Source: Dehalococcoidia bacterium
GTDB lineage: Bacteria > Chloroflexota > Dehalococcoidia > Lucifugimonadales > UBA3495
Assembly: GCA_965232835.1 (NCBI GenBank)
Contig: OZ247426.1
Coordinates: 725,339-789,338 of the forward strand
DNA length: 64,000 nt
Direction: 5' to 3'
Made by a program: the position numbers and the translations under genes. Below are positions 55,896 to 64,000 of the stretch, in pieces. Each line of letters opens with the position of its first letter. Position 1 is the first letter of the stretch. A model generated the notes under the pieces. That model was not told the DNA's origin. It was given only the letters and a program-made list of their open reading frames with translations, and made no database searches.

Positions 55896-56559
55896 AGTGC
55901 GCCCGGCAATCCTGACGGATTTCGACGACACGGCCGCCGTGCAGAACGTGGCTGAGCTGTTACTCCAACGCTTCGGAGACCCCACCTGGACTGACGTACG
56001 CCAGCAGTTCCGCGACGGCCAGATGGATCTCAAGGAATACCAGGAGATAACGTTCAGAAACATGCGCGCCGACCGCTCGGCCATGCAGCACTTCGTGCGG
56101 GAGAGGGCGAACCTGCGGCCGTTCTTCGGGGATCTCTACCAGTACTGCCGCGGACACGACATCCCTCTCGCTGTGGTTAGCCAGGGGCTGGACTTCTACA
56201 TTTCGGCCCTGCTTGACCGCGACGGGTTCGGAGACGTGCCGATTTATGCGGTGGACACGAGCTTCGATCGGGGCCAGATTTTCTATCACTATAACCACGT
56301 CTATCCGGGCGCGGAATCCAAGGGGAATTCCAAGGCATTCATAGTGGAGCAGTTCCAGCAGCAGGGCCACTTCGTCATTTTTGCCGGCGATGGGGCCTCG
56401 GATCAGGAAGCGTCGGAAAGGGCAGACATGGTCTTCGCTCACCGAACACTGGCCCGATTCTGCGACCGTCAGGGCATCGAGTATCAGCCGTTCGAAGACT
56501 TCAGGGCCGTGCTGCTGGCCCTCAGGGAACTGCACCTGAACGGGTCGGCTACCCTCTGA
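55861..56559 (+). CDS. HAD-IB phosphatase (MtnX/phosphoserine phosphatase-like)
   Basis: ILTDFDDT (DxDxT), VVSQG, FAGDGASDQEA. Alternative start at GTG 55897, 2 nt after the purE stop. Confidence 0.7.
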   Translation: MTITGAHSASGKVRPAILTDFDDTAAVQNVAELLLQRFGDPTWTDVRQQFRDGQMDLKEYQEITFRNMRADRSAMQHFVRERANLRPFFGDLYQYCRGHDIPLAVVSQGLDFYISALLDRDGFGDVPIYAVDTSFDRGQIFYHYNHVYPGAESKGNSKAFIVEQFQQQGHFVIFAGDGASDQEASERADMVFAHRTLARFCDRQGIEYQPFEDFRAVLLALRELHLNGSATL

Positions 56560-56590
56560 CTCCACATCTTCACCTCACGGGGCCAAGGCT

Positions 56591-57931
56591 GTGATTGACA
56601 GATACTCCCGTCCCGCAATGAAGCGGGTGTGGTCCGACGACAACAAGTACGAAAAGTGGCTGGCCGTCGAGCTGGCAGTATGCGAGGCATGGTGCGAGGA
56701 GGGTGTGATCCCACCCGAGGACATGGAACGCCTTCGCTCGGCCAAGTACGATCCCCAGCGAATGGACGAGATTTTCCAGACCACACGCCACGACGTTACG
56801 GCATTCATTTCGTCCATCACCGGGACGCTGGGGCCGGAGGGACGCTGGCTGCACCTCGGCCTGACCTCCAGTGATATGCTGGACACCGGCCTGGACCTGC
56901 AGATGGTCGAGGCGGGCGGGCTCCTGCTGGATGAGGTGGACAAGGCCATTGATGCCCTTGCGGGTCAGGCCTTGGAGCACAAGGACACGCTAATGATGGG
57001 GCGCACCCACGGGGTGCACGCCGAACCCATGACCATGGGGCTGAAGCTGGCCCTCTGGTGGGATGAAATGAGGCGGCAACGGGAACGACTATTGGCTGCT
57101 CTTGAAACGGTCCGGGTCGGCAAGATTTCGGGCGCCGTCGGCACTCACGCCACCGTCCCGCCCTCCGTGGAGGAGCGAGTCTGTGATCGACTGGGGCTGA
57201 AGGTCGCTGGGATTTCCAACCAGGTGATCCAGCGCGACCGCTACGCTCACTTCATGACCACCCTGGCCCTCATCGCGGCATCCCTGGAGAAGTTTGCCAC
57301 GGAGATACGCTCCCTGCAGCGCACCGAGATCCATGAGCTGGAGGAACCCTTCGGCCACGGGCAGACCGGTTCGTCGTCCATGCCTCACAAGCGGAACCCC
57401 GAGCTGGCCGAGCGCATCTGCGGCCTGGCCCGGCTGATCCGGGGCAACTCCATGACGGCGCTGGAGAATGTGGCCCTCTGGGGCGAGCGGGACATCAGCC
57501 ACTCCTCAGCCGAGAGAATCATACTGCCCGACTCCTGCCTTGCCCTCGACTACATCCTCAGCATCTTCACCCGGATCATTGAGGGCCTGCGGGTGTTCCC
57601 GGACAGGATGTTTGCCAACATCGAGAGCAGTTTCGGCCTGGTCTTCAGCCAGAGAACGCTGTTGGAGTTGGTGGAAAAGGGCCTGCCCCGAGAGGAGGCC
57701 TACAAGATTGTCCAGACCAACGCGGCCCGCAGCTGGGACGAGGGCCGCGACTTCCGGGATCTGCTCAGAACCGATTCGACGGTTGCCTCGTATCTGACAC
57801 CGCAGGAACTTGAGGAACTTTTCGATTACGGTTACTACACCCGGTACGTTGATGACACCTTCCGGCGCGTCGGGCTGCTGCCCGCGATCACCGCCGAGGA
57901 CAAGGTGCCGGAGCCGGCGACCGCCGACTGA
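56591..57931 (+). CDS. purB: adenylosuccinate lyase
   Basis: Fumarate-lyase signature GQTGSSSMPHKRNP. MIDRYSRPAMKRVW N-terminus. Confidence 0.92.
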   Translation: MIDRYSRPAMKRVWSDDNKYEKWLAVELAVCEAWCEEGVIPPEDMERLRSAKYDPQRMDEIFQTTRHDVTAFISSITGTLGPEGRWLHLGLTSSDMLDTGLDLQMVEAGGLLLDEVDKAIDALAGQALEHKDTLMMGRTHGVHAEPMTMGLKLALWWDEMRRQRERLLAALETVRVGKISGAVGTHATVPPSVEERVCDRLGLKVAGISNQVIQRDRYAHFMTTLALIAASLEKFATEIRSLQRTEIHELEEPFGHGQTGSSSMPHKRNPELAERICGLARLIRGNSMTALENVALWGERDISHSSAERIILPDSCLALDYILSIFTRIIEGLRVFPDRMFANIESSFGLVFSQRTLLELVEKGLPREEAYKIVQTNAARSWDEGRDFRDLLRTDSTVASYLTPQELEELFDYGYYTRYVDDTFRRVGLLPAITAEDKVPEPATAD

Positions 57932-57992
57932 GAGCATCCCGGCTCTTCCAGATGGCAATGGCTAATACAGCGATTAAGAACGAGGGATTGGA

Positions 57993-58898
57993 ATGATCAT
58001 AGAGACTCCGCTGCCCGGCCGTACGCACCGGGGTAAAGTTCGCGACACCTACGACCTGGGAAGCGGCCGTCTGCTCATGGTGGCCACCGACCGTATCTCG
58101 GCCTTCGATGTGGTGCTGCCCACCGGGATCCCGGAAAAGGGCCTGGTGCTGAACAGGATCTCCGCATTCTGGTTCGACAAGACCGGCCACATAGTTCCGA
58201 ATCACCTGATCTGCCTGGCCGACGCTCCAGAGGCAGCATCCTATCTCGCCGGCGGCAACGGCTCGGGTCTGTCCGACCCCGTTCCGGCCGAGGTTGCACA
58301 GCAGGCCATGGTGGTGAAGCGGGCCGAGCGCATTGACATTGAGTGCATCGTGAGAGGGTATATCACGGGCTCTGCGTGGTCGGAGTACCGGCGGCAGGGA
58401 ACCGTTCAGGGCATGGAAATGCCAGCGGGTATGGTGGAGGGACAGCCCTTTCCGGAGCCTCTTTTCACCCCCACCACCAAGGCCGAGGAAGGCCACGACG
58501 AGAACATGTCGCGCCAGGAAGTCATCGACATGGTCGGTGCCGAGATGGCCGCAAAGCTGGAGGAGACCAGCAAGGCCGTTTACGCCTTCGCCGAGGAGTA
58601 CGCTCGCGGGAGAGGCATCATCCTGGCGGACACCAAGATGGAGTTCGGTACCTTGGACGGCCAGTTGATACTGATCGACGAGCTGCTGACCCCCGACTCC
58701 AGCCGGTTCTGGGATGCGGAAGGCTACGGTCCGGGCCGCTCACAGCCCAACTTCGACAAGCAGTTCGTGCGCGACTGGCTCGATGAGCAGGGCTGGGACC
58801 ACGAGCCGCCGGCCCCCGAACTGCCCGGCGACGTAACTGCCAGGACCACCGAACGGTACCGGGAAGCCTACGAGAGGCTCACCGGACAGAGTCTTTAG
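57993..58898 (+). CDS. purC: phosphoribosylaminoimidazole-succinocarboxamide synthase
   Basis: GKVRDTYD, MVATDRISAFD, LADTKMEFG, DELLTPDSSRFW. Confidence 0.92.
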   Translation: MIIETPLPGRTHRGKVRDTYDLGSGRLLMVATDRISAFDVVLPTGIPEKGLVLNRISAFWFDKTGHIVPNHLICLADAPEAASYLAGGNGSGLSDPVPAEVAQQAMVVKRAERIDIECIVRGYITGSAWSEYRRQGTVQGMEMPAGMVEGQPFPEPLFTPTTKAEEGHDENMSRQEVIDMVGAEMAAKLEETSKAVYAFAEEYARGRGIILADTKMEFGTLDGQLILIDELLTPDSSRFWDAEGYGPGRSQPNFDKQFVRDWLDEQGWDHEPPAPELPGDVTARTTERYREAYERLTGQSL

Positions 58899-58940
58899 CC
58901 TACACCATCCTGACCCCTTCGCATTCATACGGAGAGATCA

Positions 58941-59627
58941 TTGCCCGAGTCGAGACACCGCCGGAATCGCCGCCCCCGCAACCTGGAGATTCCACGCACC
59001 TCCCAGCGCGGCGGAACCAACAAGTTCATCCTGGTTGTTTCCATCGTCATCGCCGTGCTGGTCATTGGCAGTTTCGCGGCTGTCCCGATTTTCCAGAGTA
59101 TCGGGGGACCCGATGACATCAGCTTGGGCACTGCTGAGGCCTACGTCGATGGAGTAGGTGAGAAGCAGGATATAATGCGAACCAAGAACCACGTCGATCT
59201 GAACAGCGATGAGGCCGACGACGACGTGGTCTACAACTCATTCCCGCCCACTTCAGGGGACCACTGGAGCGCGGCGCAGAGTTGCGGGTTCTACGAGGGC
59301 GCGATTCCGGACGAGCGCGTTGTCCACAACCTGGAACACTCCAACATCGTCATCAGCTACAACCTGCCCAACCAGGCCGACGTCGACGCGCTGAAGGGCG
59401 TGTATGACAACCTCGAGGACGGCTGGCGCAACCACTTTACCGTCGCCCGTGAATACGACGGCATTGGGGAAGGCCAGGTCGGGCTGGCAGCATGGGGTGT
59501 GTTGGATGTGATGGACGGCGTAGACGAGGAGCGCATCCTCCGCTTCTACGAGCACTACGTCGGCAGATTGGGTCCGGAGGGGGCAGTGTCCTGCCTCGGG
59601 TCCCAGTCCAGCATGCCGGGTAGCTAG
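58941..59627 (+). CDS. DUF3105-like membrane-anchored protein
   Basis: N-terminal basic region + TM helix, PPTSGDHW and HNLEHSNIVISY motifs. TTG start after GGAGAG. Confidence 0.65.
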   Translation: MPESRHRRNRRPRNLEIPRTSQRGGTNKFILVVSIVIAVLVIGSFAAVPIFQSIGGPDDISLGTAEAYVDGVGEKQDIMRTKNHVDLNSDEADDDVVYNSFPPTSGDHWSAAQSCGFYEGAIPDERVVHNLEHSNIVISYNLPNQADVDALKGVYDNLEDGWRNHFTVAREYDGIGEGQVGLAAWGVLDVMDGVDEERILRFYEHYVGRLGPEGAVSCLGSQSSMPGS

Positions 59628-59644
59628 GGCCTTCACTCTCAGCT

Positions 59645-60523
59645 GTGCTGCAGCAGTTTCAGAGGACGTTGCGAACCGGCTCTAACTGCCTCGTCGTCGG
59701 CCTTTTGGCGGTGACCGTTATGCTGCTCGTCGCCGGCCTGGGCTGCGGCTCCGAGGAGATGGATGAAGCCGTACCTCCTGGCACTCCGGCGCCTCCGTCA
59801 CCGTCGGAAAGTGCGAGTCGTTCGGAAACGCCAGAACCATCGCCGCAGACCGTTGTTGCCGTGGGAACGACAGTACCGGAACAGTCGCCTCAGAACATCG
59901 AAGGCTCAGGAGAGTCCGTTACCCCATCGTCTCCGGCCGTAGAAAGTGACCCGACCTGCTGTTTGGTGTCCACACCACCATCGCCGACAGCTACAAGAAC
60001 TGTTACGGTGGGACCGGTGCTGGGGAGTGCCGACGCCTACGTCGAAGGCGTCGGCGAGAAGCAGGAGATCACGAACTCCATTGATCACGTTGATCTTAAT
60101 GAAGACCCCTCCGATGACATCGTTCCCTACAGTTCGTTCCCGCCGACCTCGGGAGACCACTGGAGCACTCCCGTGCGTTGCGGCTTCTACATCCAGGCGG
60201 TGCCCGATGAGATGGTCGTGCATAACATGGAGCACTCCAACATCATCGTGAGTTACAATCTGACAACCCGGGACGACCTGGAGACACTGAAGGACGTGTA
60301 CGACGATCTGCCGGAAATCTGGCGGGATCATTTCACAGTGGTCCGGCCCTACGGCAGAATTGGCGAAGGCAAAGTGGCCCTCACGGCCTGGGGTGTGCTG
60401 GACGAAATGGAGGGAGTGAACCGGGAGCGGATCCTGCGGTTCTTTGAGCATTATGTCGGCAAGCTGGGCCCTGAGGGAGCGATCTCTTGCCGGGGAACGC
60501 AGGACAGCATGCCCCGCGGGTGA
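59645..60523 (+). CDS. DUF3105-like protein, tandem paralog with Pro/Ser-rich linker
   Basis: Same PPTSGDHW / HNMEHSNIIVSY / GPEGAISC motifs. About two-thirds identical by eye to the upstream gene over the C-terminal 165 aa. Confidence 0.65.
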   Translation: MLQQFQRTLRTGSNCLVVGLLAVTVMLLVAGLGCGSEEMDEAVPPGTPAPPSPSESASRSETPEPSPQTVVAVGTTVPEQSPQNIEGSGESVTPSSPAVESDPTCCLVSTPPSPTATRTVTVGPVLGSADAYVEGVGEKQEITNSIDHVDLNEDPSDDIVPYSSFPPTSGDHWSTPVRCGFYIQAVPDEMVVHNMEHSNIIVSYNLTTRDDLETLKDVYDDLPEIWRDHFTVVRPYGRIGEGKVALTAWGVLDEMEGVNRERILRFFEHYVGKLGPEGAISCRGTQDSMPRG

Positions 60524-60526
60524 AAG

Positions 60527-60784
60527 ATGACATACCTGGCGAAAATATACGTTACGCTGAAACCTGCCGTCAGTGACCCGGCAGGGCAGACGGTGCTGGC
60601 AGCCCTAAAGCGGATGGGGCACGGCGAGGCGGAGGACGCCCGCATCGGCAAATACCTGGAGCTTCGAGTGAACGGCGAGGAAAAGCAGGCTGTGGAGAAA
60701 TCGGTGGACCACATGTGCCGGGAACTGCTCTCAAATCCGGTGATAGAGGACTACCGCTTCGAGCTTGAAGAAATACCGGGCTGA
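60527..60784 (+). CDS. purS: phosphoribosylformylglycinamidine synthase subunit PurS
   Basis: 85 aa. VTLKPAVSDPAGQTV...NPVIEDYRFEL. Confidence 0.9.
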   Translation: MTYLAKIYVTLKPAVSDPAGQTVLAALKRMGHGEAEDARIGKYLELRVNGEEKQAVEKSVDHMCRELLSNPVIEDYRFELEEIPG

Positions 60785-60826
60785 ATCGTAAAACTATCCG
60801 CATAGTCGCATCGCGTTGGAGGAGTT

Positions 60827-61807
60827 ATGACCCACATTTATGCCGGAGCCGAGACCAGTGGACTGTACAGGCTTTCTCCCGGGTCCGATCAGTGGGAGGA
60901 GTTGACCGCCGGCCTGCCCGAGGCGCCGTCGGTGTGTGGCGTCGCCATTCACCCGGACAACCCAGAGGTCGTGTTTGCCGGGACCCAGGATGGTCCCTAT
61001 CGCAGCCTGAATCGAGGCAACACCTGGGAGCGGATGGACTATCCGAGGGTGGCCCCGCCGGTGTGGAGTTTCATGTTCCGTCCCGGAGACCCCACGGTGA
61101 TGTACGTGGGCACCGCACCGGGCGAGATTTTCCGCAGCATCGACAGCGGCGAGTCCTGGAAACGGCTCAATGCGGCCACCATGGGTTCCAACGAGGTGTC
61201 GATGTCCTTCCCCACTCGGGTCATCGCGCTGACTGCCGACCCGAACTTTCCCGACGAAATGTACGCCGCGCTGGAGGTTGCCGGGGTAATTCGTAGTTCC
61301 GACGGCGGAGACACCTGGGAGGAGATCACAGGCAGCCTCGCCCCCAGCGAGGATACCCTGGACCTGCACGGCATCCAGTGTGCAGCCGCCTTGCCTCACG
61401 TCGTGTTTATCACCACACGCCAGGGTCCGTTCATTGGACCTGACCGAGGATCGGAGTGGGTTCCCGTGGATTTCGGCCAGTTTTCCGAGGTCACCTACAC
61501 CCGCGACCTGAAAGCCGCGCCGCACGATCCCAACATGCTCTACGTGTCCATTGGGGCGGCGGCACGCAGCAACACTGGCGCGCTGTATCGCAGCCGGGAC
61601 CTGTTCAAGACATTCGAGCGGGTGGACCGTGGTATCACTGCCAACTCCACCATGATGTCCGTTTCGGTTGACCCGCAGGCTCCATCCAACATAGCCTGCG
61701 CTGCCCGCGACGGCCAGGTCTTCCGCACCACCGACGAAGGAGCGACGTGGAGCAGCCATCCGCTGCCTGACCGGGCCCTTGAAGTACGGGCAATTGCGGC
61801 AGGTTAG
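60827..61807 (+). CDS. BNR/Asp-box repeat beta-propeller protein (paralog type of 14585..15556)
   Basis: SLNRGNTWERM, SIDSGESWKRL, SSDGGDTWEEI, TTDEGATWSS. Confidence 0.7.
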   Translation: MTHIYAGAETSGLYRLSPGSDQWEELTAGLPEAPSVCGVAIHPDNPEVVFAGTQDGPYRSLNRGNTWERMDYPRVAPPVWSFMFRPGDPTVMYVGTAPGEIFRSIDSGESWKRLNAATMGSNEVSMSFPTRVIALTADPNFPDEMYAALEVAGVIRSSDGGDTWEEITGSLAPSEDTLDLHGIQCAAALPHVVFITTRQGPFIGPDRGSEWVPVDFGQFSEVTYTRDLKAAPHDPNMLYVSIGAAARSNTGALYRSRDLFKTFERVDRGITANSTMMSVSVDPQAPSNIACAARDGQVFRTTDEGATWSSHPLPDRALEVRAIAAG

Positions 61808-61845
61808 CGGCGAGGACGTTCTTCGGAGTACATCAATAGCAGATT

Positions 61846-61877
61846 GTAAAGGGGCGCACAGTTGTGCGCCCCTACAT
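61846..61877. repeat. GGGCGC-type hairpin repeat (family 2 variant)
   Basis: gtaaaggggcgcacagttgtgcgcccctacat. Confidence 0.5.
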
Positions 61878-61916
61878 GTCTCACAGCCAAACTGATCAGG
61901 GAATTGAAAGCTGTCC

Positions 61917-63482
61917 GTGGATGCTACCTTAGGAACTGAAATCGATCCTGAAACGCAGTTCCCTCCGCTGTTGGAGCTGCAAGGGATCACGAAGTCGTTT
62001 CCCGGGGTGGTGGCGAACGACGGTATTGACCTGAGCGTTGGCTGGGGTGAGATACACGCCGTTCTAGGCGAAAACGGCTCGGGCAAAAGCACCCTGATGA
62101 AGGTCATCTACGGATTTCACGCCCCGGACTCCGGCACGATCGCCGTCGATGGGCGCGCTGTCAAATTGGGTTCGCCGTCAGATGGCCGCCGGCTGGGGAT
62201 CGGCATGGTTTTCCAGGATTTCTCGCTGATACCAGCTTTGTCGGTCGTGGAGAACGTTGCCCTTTTTCTGCCAAGGCAGGGGCGATTCATTCGCCGCAAG
62301 TCCCTCGTCCGGGAGATCGAGCAGTTTGCCGATTCCTACGGGCTGGAGATCGACCCCAATCGCCGGGTGGATGAGCTATCCCTCGGCGAGCGGCAGCGTG
62401 TTGAGCTCGTCAAGCTGCTGCTTGCTGAAGCGCGGCTGCTGATTTTTGACGAACCCACCAGCGTGCTCGCACCCCACGAGGTCGATGGGCTATTTCGCGT
62501 GTTTGACGCCCTCAAGCAGGACGGTTACTCGATCCTGTTCATAACCCACAAGGTCAGGGAAGCGCTGGCTGTTGCCGACAACGTTACCGTTCTGCGGCGG
62601 GGCAGGGTTGAGGCCAGTGCCCCACGTTCCGGGTTTGACGCGGAGAGCCTGGTTGCAACCATGGTTGGGGATGGGAATGCGGCGCAGGCCAATTCCTACC
62701 CCATCGTCCAAGAGACCGGTGAGACGGTTCTGGAGTTTAAAGGCGTCAGCACGACCGCTGAGACCGGCGACAGAAAGCTTGACCACGTCAGTTTTCAAGT
62801 CCGACAAGGAGAGATTCTCGGGGTTGCCGGGGTGGCAGGGAATGGCCAACGGCTGCTGGGTGATGTTCTGCTGGGCCTTCGACCAATCAGTGCGGGCGAG
62901 ATATTGCTTCATGGCGAGCGGTTCAACGGCCACCAGCCTTCCGATGCCCTGGCCAGGGGCGTGTCGGTAATCTGCGAGGACCCGTTGGCTGACGCTATGG
63001 TTGCCGGGATGAGGGTGGACGAGAACCTGCTGCTCTCGGGACTGGCCCGGGGCCAAGGCAATGGGATATGGCTCAATCGACGGAGCATCGCGGAGGGAGC
63101 TGAAGAGGTTCGGGCCGAATTCCCTCTGCAGATGGCGGATTCAACTTCACAGGTCCGGCACCTCTCAGGCGGCAACATACAACGGGTGATGCTGGCAGGT
63201 GAGCTGTGCCGGGGGGCCAGCGTGTTCCTGGCCTATTACCCGACAAGGGGACTGGACGTGCTGAGCGCCGAGTCCACCCGTAAATTGTTGCTCGCCCAGC
63301 GCGACAGGGGCGCCGCCACGGTCTTAGTGTCGGAGGACCTCGACGAGCTCCTGGCCCTGAGCGACCGGCTGATGGTGATGTTCCGCGGTAGCGTTGTCGG
63401 GGAGTTCACCCCGTCCGATGCCTCACTGCAGGAAATCGGCCTGTTGATGACCGGACACTCCGTTGCCCTGCTTTCCACATGA
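61917..63482 (+). CDS. ABC transporter ATP-binding protein with two NBDs (sugar/nucleoside BMP-type importer)
   Basis: [27 protein letters not shown]; second half [15 protein letters not shown]. Confidence 0.85.
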   Translation: MDATLGTEIDPETQFPPLLELQGITKSFPGVVANDGIDLSVGWGEIHAVLGENGSGKSTLMKVIYGFHAPDSGTIAVDGRAVKLGSPSDGRRLGIGMVFQDFSLIPALSVVENVALFLPRQGRFIRRKSLVREIEQFADSYGLEIDPNRRVDELSLGERQRVELVKLLLAEARLLIFDEPTSVLAPHEVDGLFRVFDALKQDGYSILFITHKVREALAVADNVTVLRRGRVEASAPRSGFDAESLVATMVGDGNAAQANSYPIVQETGETVLEFKGVSTTAETGDRKLDHVSFQVRQGEILGVAGVAGNGQRLLGDVLLGLRPISAGEILLHGERFNGHQPSDALARGVSVICEDPLADAMVAGMRVDENLLLSGLARGQGNGIWLNRRSIAEGAEEVRAEFPLQMADSTSQVRHLSGGNIQRVMLAGELCRGASVFLAYYPTRGLDVLSAESTRKLLLAQRDRGAATVLVSEDLDELLALSDRLMVMFRGSVVGEFTPSDASLQEIGLLMTGHSVALLST

Positions 63483-64000
63483 ACCGCGCGACCGACCTCG
63501 CAGAAGGGTTCCTAGGCGGCATTCCCGAACTCTGGCGCCATGGGCCGCTAGCAGGCGGTGAACCAACCGTGCGGGCCGCACTGGGGATACTCCTTGCTCT
63601 CGCGATGTTCGCCGCCTTTCTCGCGGCGTCAGGACACGATCCGCTCGAAGCGTTCTCCAGGGGCTTGGACGGAGTTTTAGGCAGTTCCCTTGGCCTGAGC
63701 GAAGTCGGGGTAACCATGATCCCCTTGCTGCTCACGGCCCTGGCCACTGCCATACCAACCCGCGTTGGCCTGGTCAACGTCGGCGGGGAGGGACAACTCT
63801 ACATCGGCGCCCTGACTGCAACCGGGGTGGCACTCTTCTTTCCGGTGGTGCAGATTTGGCTGATGCTTCCGGTGATGGCCCTCGCCGGTTGTGCCGGGGG
63901 CGGAATCTGGGCCGCCATAGCCGCCCTGCTCAGGCGCTGGCGGGGCGTGAACGAGGTAATCTCCACCCTCCTTGCCAACTACATTGCCATTTTGCTGGTC
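63479..64000 (+). CDS. ABC transporter permease, N-terminal part (runs off window end)
   Basis: ATG overlaps the upstream stop (ATGA). Open to the window end. Hydrophobic segments [39 protein letters not shown]. Confidence 0.7.
   Translation, partial: MNRATDLAEGFLGGIPELWRHGPLAGGEPTVRAALGILLALAMFAAFLAASGHDPLEAFSRGLDGVLGSSLGLSEVGVTMIPLLLTALATAIPTRVGLVNVGGEGQLYIGALTATGVALFFPVVQIWLMLPVMALAGCAGGGIWAAIAALLRRWRGVNEVISTLLANYIAILLV

Noticed and set aside
60794-62107. 437-aa ORF on the - strand
   Set aside because: It overlaps the BNR-propeller gene and the start of the ABC ATPase in antisense, and runs through the intergenic hairpin repeat. It has no motifs.

Overview
A 64-kb, high-GC bacterial chromosomal window with about 55 credible protein genes. 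I saw no rRNA, tRNA or CRISPR array by eye.

**Backbone genes**
- Partial 2-oxoacid:ferredoxin oxidoreductase, lpdA, tatA, and an operon of (rlmD-maf fusion)-tatB-tatC.
- trxA and recQ.
- A purine cluster: guaA-purD-[2 unknown genes]-purE-[HAD]-purB-purC-[2 DUF3105-like genes]-purS, followed by an ABC importer.

**Catabolic enzymes interleaved with the backbone**
- YtcJ-type and ACMSD-type amidohydrolases, D-aminoacylase, copper amine oxidase, an aminotransferase and an arylsulfotransferase-like propeller.
- Enoyl-CoA hydratase, two MaoC hot-dog proteins, two family-III CoA-transferases and a triple-RidA fusion.
- Two acyl-CoA dehydrogenases, a TPP enzyme, SDR, HIBADH-like, HAD, HpcH aldolase, a SagB-like nitroreductase and an acyl-CoA synthetase.
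- This gene mix and the repeat types remind me of marine Chloroflexota (SAR202-like). That is inference only.

**Unusual content**
1. A self-contained two-gene module (38.6-41.4 kb) with its own promoter and terminator. It encodes a degenerate FtsZ/tubulin-like GTPase and a 515-aa unknown partner. This is my best candidate for an undescribed system.
2. A 3.6-kb IS6-family element with 8-bp target duplication that splits an amidohydrolase gene. Besides its extended transposase it carries a DNA methyltransferase-Mrr nuclease fusion interrupted at a G13 tract, a tiny membrane protein and a Cys-rich mini-ORF.
3. Domain fusions: m5U RNA methyltransferase-Maf, and three RidA domains in one chain.
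4. A hicB-hicA toxin-antitoxin pair.
5. Three dispersed repeat families. One copy sits in-frame inside an acyl-CoA synthetase gene.
6. guaA has no canonical start codon upstream of its conserved N-terminus.

All coordinates derived by hand counting may be off by 1-2 nt.
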